Shown here in pieces: positions 55,804 to 64,000 of a stretch of 64,000 bases of DNA. Both the position numbers and the translations under genes were made by a program. The stretch's first letter is position 1; every line of letters begins with the position of its first letter. The notes under the pieces are model-generated. The model did not search any database. It was not told the DNA's origin and was given only the letters and a program-made list of their open reading frames with translations. The DNA lies in NCBI GenBank assembly GCA_965226795.1, contig CBDDDZ010000002.1, forward strand, positions 448,001-512,000. Reading direction: 5' to 3'. This DNA comes from Candidatus Latescibacterota bacterium (GTDB lineage Bacteria; Latescibacterota; UBA2968; GCA-2709665).

Positions 55804-57978
55804 ATGAAAAGATGGCTGGAAACTCGTATTCTCGCGGCCTGCCTGATCGGCGGTTTTCCGATGGGATGGTCGCTGTCTGCCGCGGCCTCGGACTGGACGC
55901 ACTGGCGTGGTCCGATGCAGACCGGCGCGTCTGCGGAACGAGGCCTGATTACCGACTGGACTCCGGATGGAGAGAACCTGGTCTGGCGGTCGGAGTTTAT
56001 CGGCCGGTCCACGCCCGTGATTCTGAACGGGCGGGTATACGTGATCGGAAGAACCGGCGAAGGGGTAACCAAACAGGAGCACGTTGCCTGTTTCGACGCA
56101 CGGAACGGTGGGCTGGTATGGGAACACAAGTTCAATGTATGGCATTCCACCATTACCTTCAACCGCCTGGGCTGGGCGAATCTGGGCGCCGACGGGGAAA
56201 CCGGCAATGTGTACGCGCACCTGGTAAACGGTCTGCTGTTGGGCTTCGACCGTGACGGCCGGATCCTGTGGACCAGGTCGTTGACCGAGGAATTCAACAG
56301 GTTTTCCGGTTACGGAGGGCGGTTGCATACGCCCGTCGTAGACGGAGACCTGGTTGTCATCAGCATGGGCAACCGGGGCTGGGCGGACCGCCCGCCCTCC
56401 CACCGGTACATGGCCTTCGACAAGCGGACTGGAGAGACCGTTTGGATGTCGCGGCCGGGTGGGGGAGGGCAGGTCGACCTGACCGTATATTCCACGCCGG
56501 TAGCGGCGACCATCGACGGCCAGCGACTACTGATCGCCGGCAACGGAAACGGAGGTATTTTCGCCTTCAGGGCCGGGACCGGTGAAGTGGTATGGGGGTT
56601 CCCGCTGAGCAAGCGGGGTCTCAACACCTCTCCGGTTGCGGGTAACAACCGCGTGTACGCGACCCACAGCGAAGAAAACGTGGACAATACCACGATGGGC
56701 CGGGTGGTATGCATTGATGCGGCAACGGGAAGAGAGATCTGGCGCCAGGATGGCATCACGGCGGGGTACGCTTCCCCCGCCCTTCACGCGGGGCGCCTGT
56801 ACGTTATCGACAATTCGGCGAACGTGCACTGCCTGGACGCGGAGACGGGGCGCATATACTGGGCGCAGAATATTGGCACGGTCGGCAGGGGCTCTCCCAC
56901 GTGGGCCGACGGTAAATTGTACGTCACGGAAGTCAACGGCGGATTCCGGATTCTCAACGTGGGGGACGCGGGCGCACAGGTCCTCGACAAGAAGAAGGTC
57001 AGGATGCCGGGCGGGAGGCTCGCGGAAATCTACGGTTCGGTTGCCGTCGCGCACGGTCGAGTCTACTTTGCTACCGAGGCGGGATTGTTCTGTCTGGGAA
57101 ACAGGGACGCGGTGTTTACCACCACGCCCGCGCCGATTGCGGGGCACCCGCGCACACCGTCAGACGCGGAGCCAGCCTCGCTTCTGGTCGTCCCGGCCGA
57201 GAAAACACTGGCGTCGGACGAGGCGCTGCCACTCAGCGCCCGGGGGTACGACAAACGGGGGCGGTTGATCGGGGAGGTCGACGTGGAATGGTCCCTCGAA
57301 GGTCTGGCCGGGCGGGTTGAGGACGGGCGGTTTACGCCCGCGAAACCCGGACAGGCGGGATGGGTGGTTGCCACCTCTGGGGGGTTGTCCGCACGGGCGT
57401 GGGTACGGGTGGTACCGGATACGCCCTGGACTGAGGATTTTGAGGGGATCCCCGCGGGTAAGAATCCGCGCCACTGGGTGTGGGGCGGCAGGGGGTTCAG
57501 GGTCGAGGAACGGGATGGAAACAGGGTTCTGGTGAAGCCGCCGGCGGCGCGCGGCCTGGACCGTTCCAATCTGTACGTCGGACCGCCTGATATGAAGGGG
57601 TATACCATCCAGGCCGATCTGATGGGGGGACGGCGCAAGCGCAGGCGTCCGGACATGGGCCTGATCGCGCACCGATACATCCTGGATTTGCAGGGCGCTT
57701 ACCAGCGGCTGGAGGTCCGGTCCTGGTCATCGGATTTGCGGATGGTTCAACGCGCGGATTTCGAATGGGATCCCGACGTTTGGTATACCATGAAAATGAG
57801 GGTGGATATCGAGGGAGGTCGGGCTGTGGTCCGTGGCAAAGTGTGGAAACGGGGCGACCCGGAGCCCGACGCCTGGACGATCGAGGCGGAGGACCCGCTG
57901 CCCATTCGGGAAGGCAGTCCGGGACTTTACGGGTACTCGCCGGCGAACATATATTATGACAATGTGAGCGTGTATTGA
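55804..57978 (+). CDS. Secreted PQQ-like (BamB-family) beta-propeller protein with C-terminal lectin-like beta-sandwich
   Basis: Signal peptide, DWTHWRGP, repeated STPV..G.VY / D..TG..W; C-terminal EDFE...YYDNVSV. Confidence 0.85.
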   Translation: MKRWLETRILAACLIGGFPMGWSLSAAASDWTHWRGPMQTGASAERGLITDWTPDGENLVWRSEFIGRSTPVILNGRVYVIGRTGEGVTKQEHVACFDARNGGLVWEHKFNVWHSTITFNRLGWANLGADGETGNVYAHLVNGLLLGFDRDGRILWTRSLTEEFNRFSGYGGRLHTPVVDGDLVVISMGNRGWADRPPSHRYMAFDKRTGETVWMSRPGGGGQVDLTVYSTPVAATIDGQRLLIAGNGNGGIFAFRAGTGEVVWGFPLSKRGLNTSPVAGNNRVYATHSEENVDNTTMGRVVCIDAATGREIWRQDGITAGYASPALHAGRLYVIDNSANVHCLDAETGRIYWAQNIGTVGRGSPTWADGKLYVTEVNGGFRILNVGDAGAQVLDKKKVRMPGGRLAEIYGSVAVAHGRVYFATEAGLFCLGNRDAVFTTTPAPIAGHPRTPSDAEPASLLVVPAEKTLASDEALPLSARGYDKRGRLIGEVDVEWSLEGLAGRVEDGRFTPAKPGQAGWVVATSGGLSARAWVRVVPDTPWTEDFEGIPAGKNPRHWVWGGRGFRVEERDGNRVLVKPPAARGLDRSNLYVGPPDMKGYTIQADLMGGRRKRRRPDMGLIAHRYILDLQGAYQRLEVRSWSSDLRMVQRADFEWDPDVWYTMKMRVDIEGGRAVVRGKVWKRGDPEPDAWTIEAEDPLPIREGSPGLYGYSPANIYYDNVSVY

Positions 57979-58085
57979 ACGATCTGACATTTGGATGCGG
58001 CGCATTTCGGATTCAACCTCGATTCCGAAATAACCGTCTGCAGGACGTCAGGCAAGGACGCGGAAACGCGTGGAGAAAGGGACCG

Positions 58086-59513
58086 ATGAAATCGAAATGG
58101 GTTTTGAGCGGCGTTGCGATACTGGTCTGGGCGGTTTCGGGCGCCGGCGCGCAGGAGGCCGCTATGTGGGGATTCACACCCTCCCGAAACCTGGTATCGG
58201 ACGAGAAGAACCTGCCAGCGGATTGGAATCCGGCTACCGGCAAGAATATCAAGTGGAAGGCCGCCCTCGGTTCCCAGTCGTACGCCGGGCCTGTGCTGCT
58301 GGGCGGCAAGGTGTTTATGGGGACGAACAACCGCGGCGAACGCAATCCCGATATCAAGGGCGACCGCGGCGTGATGATGGCGTTTCGGGAATCCGACGGT
58401 AAGTTCCTGTGGCAGGCGGCCCATTCGAAGCTTCCCGCGGGAAGGGTGAACGACTGGCCGCTGCAGGGGGTCTGCTCCACGCCCTATGTCCACGGCGAGC
58501 GTCTGTACTACGTTTCCAACCAGGGCCGCGTGGTCTGCGCGGACACGGAGGGTTTTCTGGACGCGGAGAACGACGGGTCCTATACCGACGAAGACGTGAC
58601 GGGCACGAATGCCGTGGATATTGTCTGGGAATACGACATGATGGAAGAGCTGGATGTGTTTCCGCACAATCTGGCCACCTGTTCGCCTGTCGGAGAGGAC
58701 GGCCTGCTATTCGTGATTACCAGCAATGGCGTGGATGAAGGCCACGTCGCCATCCCGTCGCCGCTTGCGCCCAGTTTTATTGCTCTCAGCCTGAAAACCG
58801 GGGAACTCGTGTGGGAAAAGTCCTATCCTGGCACGAATATTCTGCATGGGCAATGGTCCAACCCGGCGTATGGTGTCGTTAACGGAGAACCTCAGGTCGT
58901 CTTGCCGGGAGGGGACGGCTGGGTCTATGCCGTGGCGCCGAAGACGGGCGAATTGATCTGGAAGTTCGATTGCAATCCCAGGGATTCCAGGTGGGCGCTT
59001 GGCGGACGGGGCACCCGCAACGCGATCATCGCCACGCCTGTGATTTACGACAACAAGGTGTATATAGGGGTGGGACAGGATCCCGAGCACGGTGAAGGAA
59101 TGGGGCATCTGTGGGCGATCGACGCAACCGGAAAGGGCGACGTTACGGACACACACGTTGTCTGGCATCTGGGAGACAAGGATTTCAACCGGACGATGTC
59201 GACAGTCGCCATTCACGACGGGTTACTGTATGCAGCGGACCTGAGCGGATTCGTTTATTGCCTTGACCTGAAAACCGGAACGCCGCACTGGACCTACGAT
59301 GCCTACGCCGCCATCTGGGGGTCGCCATTCGTGGCCGACGGGAAGGTATACATCGGCGACGAAGACGGCGACGTGATGATTTTCAAGGCATCGGCGGAGC
59401 TTGAGAAGATCAACGAAGTCAATATGGGCAGTGCGGTATACACCACACCGGTCGCGAAGGACGGGGTGCTGTACATTGGCACCCGCAATACGCTTTACGC
59501 TATAGACGAGTAG
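58086..59513 (+). CDS. Secreted PQQ-like (BamB-family) beta-propeller protein
   Basis: Signal peptide; NIKWKAALG, STP, D.KTG..W, SPFVADGKVY repeats. Confidence 0.85.
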   Translation: MKSKWVLSGVAILVWAVSGAGAQEAAMWGFTPSRNLVSDEKNLPADWNPATGKNIKWKAALGSQSYAGPVLLGGKVFMGTNNRGERNPDIKGDRGVMMAFRESDGKFLWQAAHSKLPAGRVNDWPLQGVCSTPYVHGERLYYVSNQGRVVCADTEGFLDAENDGSYTDEDVTGTNAVDIVWEYDMMEELDVFPHNLATCSPVGEDGLLFVITSNGVDEGHVAIPSPLAPSFIALSLKTGELVWEKSYPGTNILHGQWSNPAYGVVNGEPQVVLPGGDGWVYAVAPKTGELIWKFDCNPRDSRWALGGRGTRNAIIATPVIYDNKVYIGVGQDPEHGEGMGHLWAIDATGKGDVTDTHVVWHLGDKDFNRTMSTVAIHDGLLYAADLSGFVYCLDLKTGTPHWTYDAYAAIWGSPFVADGKVYIGDEDGDVMIFKASAELEKINEVNMGSAVYTTPVAKDGVLYIGTRNTLYAIDE

Positions 59514-59624
59514 GCGCCGCGGAACGACGGGCGCAACCTATGCGGGATGGCGATTTTCCGTAGCGCACGGGGTGGACCGTCAGGCGCTTGGTCCGGCAGG
59601 CCGGATTCGGCCCTCGAGGGTGAT

Positions 59625-60359
59625 ATGCCGTTGGAGAAGAAGGTGATTCTGGTAACAGGGGGGGCCTCGGGAATCGGCCGCGCCGCTTCGTTCTGTTGCG
59701 CCCGGGCCGGCGCCCGCGTGGGGGTCGCGGATTGCGACGGGGACGGCGTTGCGGCAACGGTTAGCGAAATCGAGGGATCGGGGGGCGCCGCACGGGGGTT
59801 CGAGGTGGACGTTCGGGTGGAGGCCGGAGTCCGGGCGATGGTGGAGGATGTGGTCAGTGCGTTCGGACGGATCGACGGTCTGATTCATTCCGCGGGTATT
59901 CTGGAAGGCGCGTTGGTCCCCGTTGATTTATTCGAAGAGGAGACCTGGGATCGGGTGATCGACGTGAATTTGAAGGGCAGTTTTCTGCTGTGCAAACACG
60001 TGGCGCCGGTTCTGGAGCGGTCCGGCGCCGGGGTGCTCGTGCTCGTCTCGTCCGGCGCCGGGGTGCGGGGCGGCAGTTCGTCCGCGGCGTACGGATCGAG
60101 CAAAGGCGGGGTGCACGGGCTCTCTCTGGTGCTCGCGCCGCAACTGGCCTCCAGGGGAATCCGCGTGCATGCGCTGTGTCCCGGAAGCCTCGAGACGCCG
60201 TTGAAGATGGGCGTGTTAGAGAAACAGGCGAATCTGGAGGGGCGGTCCCTGGAAGAGATGAGACAGGGTCTGGGCGATCCGGAGGGTGTGGGAAAGGTGC
60301 TGGCATTTCTGGTATCGGACGATGCGGACTACGTGAGGGGCACCGTCTTTACGAGATGA
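59625..60359 (+). CDS. SDR family oxidoreductase
   Basis: TGGASGIG, SAG, VNLKG, YGSSK, LCPG. Confidence 0.92.
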   Translation: MPLEKKVILVTGGASGIGRAASFCCARAGARVGVADCDGDGVAATVSEIEGSGGAARGFEVDVRVEAGVRAMVEDVVSAFGRIDGLIHSAGILEGALVPVDLFEEETWDRVIDVNLKGSFLLCKHVAPVLERSGAGVLVLVSSGAGVRGGSSSAAYGSSKGGVHGLSLVLAPQLASRGIRVHALCPGSLETPLKMGVLEKQANLEGRSLEEMRQGLGDPEGVGKVLAFLVSDDADYVRGTVFTR

Positions 60360-60481
60360 CGTACACCGGGCGCGCGGATCCGAAATCGCGGACGTCGGCA
60401 CCGATTGAATCGATCAAGTGAGAATGAGGTCCTGGCGCTTCCCGGGGAGAGAATCGAGAAGACGTGAAAGCGAGGTAAAGA

Positions 60482-61765
60482 ATGCAGCGCACGATGAAAA
60501 TCGCGCTGATCGGCGCGGGGATGTTCGGCGGCGACGTACATGCAAGGGCATTCGCCGATCTGCAGCGGATGGGAATCAGTGGAAATCTCGGACGGGTCGG
60601 GCTGGACCGGTGGGCGCGGGACCTGGCCGGTATACAGTTCGATCTGGTGGCTGTGGCCACGCGGTCCCAGGCGTCGGCGGAACGGGCGCGGGAGAACTTC
60701 AGGGCATCCACGGGTTGCGAGCCGGGAACCTACTGGGGAGAAACGCCGTGGGAAGACGTGTTGGGCGATTTTCCCGACCTGGACGTCATGGCGGTGGTCA
60801 CGCCGGACCATCTGCATACCGAGGTGACGCTGGCCGCGCTCCGGAACGGGACGCACGTGGTGATGGAAAAACCGATGTGCCTGTCCATTGAGGAGGCGGA
60901 CGAGATCATCCAACTGGCCGACGAGAAGGGGCTGGTGGTCTGTGTGGATATGCACAAGCGGTACGATCCGGATCATCTGCGCGTTCAGCACGATCTGTCA
61001 ACACGGATCGGAGAGCCGCTCTACGGGCAGGCCGTGCTTGAAGAGCCGCTGGAGGTGTCCACGAGCACGTTCAAGTGGGCGGAACAGAGCGATCCGTTCA
61101 GTTATGTCGGTCCGCACTGGACGGACCTGATTTACAACTATTTCAGGAGCAAACCGGTTGCGCTGTCCGCCGTCGGACAGAAGAAGCGGCTGGTTCGTGA
61201 CGGCATCAACGCCTACGACGCGGTTCAGGTGCGCGTGGAATTCGAAAACGGCATGAGCGTCTATTTCCACAATAACTGGATAACGCCCGTGGATTTCGAG
61301 GGCCCAGTGAATCAGGGCCATGAAATTGTGGGTACCGACGGCAAGGTGGAGTCGGACCAGCAGTACCGGGGTCTGCGTTTCTGGTACAATGGGGGCGGCA
61401 GCCGTACGGTGAACAATCATATGACACGCGACGTCAGGCGTCCTGACGGCTCTGATGCGTATATCGGATACGGTGTGGACAGCATCACGGTGGGGCTGGT
61501 TGCGGCCTGCCGGATCAAGTTCCTGGGGGAGACGCGGGAGGACGTGGACGGGATCTATCCGACCGCGGCCGATGGGCGGATTACGGTTGCGATTGTCGAT
61601 GCGGCCAGACGGGTGCGGGATCTGAACTTCAAATATCTGCAGGAAGGCAAGGGGACGCCGGTGACCGCCAGATTCGGGGAAGACGGCATCACCATCATCG
61701 ACCCCAACCGGATTGACGAGGGGCGGGAAGCGGTATTTCAGCGGATCTACGAAAAACCTTTATGA
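60482..61765 (+). CDS. Gfo/Idh/MocA family oxidoreductase
   Basis: LIGAG, TPDHLH, MEKP, HKRYDP. Confidence 0.88.
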   Translation: MQRTMKIALIGAGMFGGDVHARAFADLQRMGISGNLGRVGLDRWARDLAGIQFDLVAVATRSQASAERARENFRASTGCEPGTYWGETPWEDVLGDFPDLDVMAVVTPDHLHTEVTLAALRNGTHVVMEKPMCLSIEEADEIIQLADEKGLVVCVDMHKRYDPDHLRVQHDLSTRIGEPLYGQAVLEEPLEVSTSTFKWAEQSDPFSYVGPHWTDLIYNYFRSKPVALSAVGQKKRLVRDGINAYDAVQVRVEFENGMSVYFHNNWITPVDFEGPVNQGHEIVGTDGKVESDQQYRGLRFWYNGGGSRTVNNHMTRDVRRPDGSDAYIGYGVDSITVGLVAACRIKFLGETREDVDGIYPTAADGRITVAIVDAARRVRDLNFKYLQEGKGTPVTARFGEDGITIIDPNRIDEGREAVFQRIYEKPL

Positions 61766-61851
61766 TGAATAGCCGCAGCGGGCCGTGACACACCGCACCT
61801 TCCGATTCGGGCGGCGTCTCGCGGCTCGTTGTGCATTTTCAGGAGGTTGCG

Positions 61852-63222
61852 ATGGGCAGGGAGTTCGATATCACGCCCCGGGACGTTCCCCTCGTGGACA
61901 CCCGATACCGGCGAATCGTCTCCAAATTGCCGCATCCGGAGTCGGTTCCCGTGCTCGAGGCGCTTCGCACCTATGAGCCGACTTCGATGCGCGGACAGCC
62001 GCCGGTCGTGTGGGATCGGGCGGAGGACGTCCAGGTTCACGACAGGTACGGAAACATGTGGCTGGATTGGAGTTCCGGGGTGCTGGTGACCAATGCGGGC
62101 CACGGGATGCCGGAGGTGCGGAATGCGATTCTGGATCAGGTCAACAACGGGCTACTGCACAGCTACGTGTTTCCCAACGCCGCGCGGGCGAGGCTCGCGG
62201 AGTTTCTGATTCGACTGGCGCCGGAGGGACTGGATAAGGTATTTCTGCTGACAACGGGTTCCGAGGCCACCGAGAATGTGATCAAACTGGCGCGTACCTG
62301 GGGAATAAGGCAGGGAGGGAACCGGAAGGTTGGGATCGTAGGATTCGAGCGGGGGTTCCACGGCCGTACGCTGGGGGCGCAGCAGGCCGGGGGGATGCCC
62401 GGGCAGAAAGACTGGATAGTAAATGCGGATCCTGCCATCGTACAGGCTGCCTTCCCGGACGGATACTGGACGGAAAATACCGATTTCGACCACTTCTGTG
62501 CGACCCTGAACGCAAAGGGGATGAAGGCCGACGACGTGGCGGGGGTGATCGTGGAGACCTACCAGGGCGTGGGCCCGGACTTTCTCCCGGTGGAATATGC
62601 GCGAGCCCTGGCCGAATGGTGCAAGGCGCACGGGGCTCTGCTGATATTCGACGAGGTCCAGGCGGGGTTCGGACGAACCGGAAGAATGTGGGGGTTCGAG
62701 CACTACGGCGTCACACCGGATCTGATCACATTCGGGAAAGGCGTGAGCAGTTCCCTGCCTCTATCGGGCGTGATCGGGCGGACGGACGTGATGGATCAAT
62801 ACTCGCCCGGTTCCATGACCAGCACCCATACCGGCAATCCGGTCTGTGCGGCGGCGGCGCTGGCCAGTCTGAAGAAAATCGTGGAGGACGACCTGGCGGG
62901 AAATGCGGCCCGGCTGGAGACGGTGATGATGGACGGCCTGCGCGCGATTCAGGCCCGTCATCCGCTCGTGATCGGCAATTGCACGGGCAAGGGGCTGGTG
63001 GCGGGGTTGCAGATGGTTAAACCGGGTCTGAAGGAGCCGGACCCGGATCTGGCATTCGACGTGGTCGAACGCTGTTTTCACAAAGGGCTGCTGTTTTTCG
63101 CGCCGGTGGGATCCTGGGGGCAGACGGTAAAGATCTCTCCGCCGCTGACCATTACCGGGGAAGCTGTGGCCGAAGGGTTGGCGGTGCTGGCCGAGTCGGT
63201 GAACGAGGCCGTGGGAGGTTGA
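61852..63222 (+). CDS. Class III PLP-dependent aminotransferase
   Basis: GSEATE, FHGRT, DEVQAGFGRTG, FGKG, THTGNP; AGGAGG RBS. Confidence 0.92.
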   Translation: MGREFDITPRDVPLVDTRYRRIVSKLPHPESVPVLEALRTYEPTSMRGQPPVVWDRAEDVQVHDRYGNMWLDWSSGVLVTNAGHGMPEVRNAILDQVNNGLLHSYVFPNAARARLAEFLIRLAPEGLDKVFLLTTGSEATENVIKLARTWGIRQGGNRKVGIVGFERGFHGRTLGAQQAGGMPGQKDWIVNADPAIVQAAFPDGYWTENTDFDHFCATLNAKGMKADDVAGVIVETYQGVGPDFLPVEYARALAEWCKAHGALLIFDEVQAGFGRTGRMWGFEHYGVTPDLITFGKGVSSSLPLSGVIGRTDVMDQYSPGSMTSTHTGNPVCAAAALASLKKIVEDDLAGNAARLETVMMDGLRAIQARHPLVIGNCTGKGLVAGLQMVKPGLKEPDPDLAFDVVERCFHKGLLFFAPVGSWGQTVKISPPLTITGEAVAEGLAVLAESVNEAVGG

Positions 63223-63319
63223 CCTCCGGGAAGCCCTACAGGTAACACTCGGGATGAACCACTCTGAAAGGCGGGCGGGCGGGATTGTCGCTCGCCCTGT
63301 CGTGTACGGAGGAACCTCA

Positions 63320-64000
63320 ATGGATTTGTACGAGAAGTACCGGTTGACTCGCGTCATCAACGCCTGTGGTAAAATGACGCATCTGGCGGGGGCGATCGTG
63401 CTGCCTGAAGTGGTTGAATCGGTTACGCAGGCGATGGGCCAATTCTACGATCTGGATGAACTCCAGGATCGCGCGGGAGAGGTGATCGCACGTGCCACGG
63501 GCGCTCAGTGGGGGTGCGTGACCGCATGTACGGCTGCGGGCATATCCCTGGGTGTGGCGGCCACGATGACCGGAAACGATCTCGGCCGGGTCTGGCAACT
63601 ACCCGACACAACCGGAATGGCCAACGAGGTTGTGATTCAGAAGGGCCACGCGGTGAACTTCGGAGCGCCGGTGACGCAGGTGATCCGGCTGGCCGGCGCC
63701 GTCGCCGTGGAGATCGGCACAGTGCACCGTTCCACCGAGGAGCACCTCAGGCACGCTATCGGAGACCGGACGGCGGCGGTGGTTTTCGTGGTGTCGCACC
63801 ATACCGTCCGGTACGGCGCCCTGCCACTGACGCGGGTCGTCGAGATCGCGCACGAGTACGGCGTCCCCGTGGTCGTCGACGGGGCGGCCCAATCGTTTCT
63901 GATCAGAAAGATCGTGGACACGGGGGCGGACCTTGTGATCTGCAGTGGGCACAAGTATCTCTCCGGCACCACTGCCGGCGTGGTCTGCGGCCGGAAGGAT
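63320..64000 (+). CDS. SelA-like PLP-dependent enzyme (DgaE-type ammonia-lyase family), runs off window
   Basis: Read directly: RVINACGKMTHL, NEVVIQKGHAVNFGAP, VSHH, VVDGAA, SGHK; GGAGG RBS. Confidence 0.8.
   Translation, partial: MDLYEKYRLTRVINACGKMTHLAGAIVLPEVVESVTQAMGQFYDLDELQDRAGEVIARATGAQWGCVTACTAAGISLGVAATMTGNDLGRVWQLPDTTGMANEVVIQKGHAVNFGAPVTQVIRLAGAVAVEIGTVHRSTEEHLRHAIGDRTAAVVFVVSHHTVRYGALPLTRVVEIAHEYGVPVVVDGAAQSFLIRKIVDTGADLVICSGHKYLSGTTAGVVCGRKD

Noticed and set aside
63320..64000. Selenocysteine synthase SelA
   Set aside because: It lacks the SelA N-terminal extension, its motifs (QKGHAVNFGAP, VSHH) fit the DgaE-like subfamily, and no selB/selC is in view.

Overview
A GC-rich bacterial chromosomal window, about 60% GC by eye. 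The gene content (many Gfo/Idh/MocA oxidoreductases, PQQ-like beta-propellers, a secreted WD40 protein with a dockerin/EF-hand-like tail) suggests a Latescibacterota/Poribacteria-like lineage, possibly host-associated; this is inference only. From 0.4 to 21.5 kb: catabolic enzymes and transporters, an internally deleted DASS transporter, a MITE-like element, a stand-alone double McsA/ClpE-type Zn-finger protein and a GH106-like protein with degenerate motifs. From 22 to 31.5 kb: a decaying array of small co-oriented accessory genes (three TA loci, methyltransferases, GNATs, VOC), then a 14-repeat WD40 protein. From 31.6 to 40.2 kb: housekeeping genes, including an in-frame Lnt-TatC fusion, plus rfbB and rfbC. 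From 40.8 to 49.8 kb: a defence island. It is a Type III R-M system with a low-GC ABC-ATPase (DUF3696-like) + PIN-nuclease pair inserted between mod and res, followed by a low-GC GTPase + 2-TM protein pair. From 50 to 64 kb: uvrA, tRNA-Arg(UCG), hemL, two PQQ-like propellers and a second catabolic cluster. The best candidates for undescribed biology are the ATPase-PIN module nested in the R-M operon, the GTPase-2TM pair and the Lnt-TatC fusion. All calls come from motif recognition by eye; no database searches were run.
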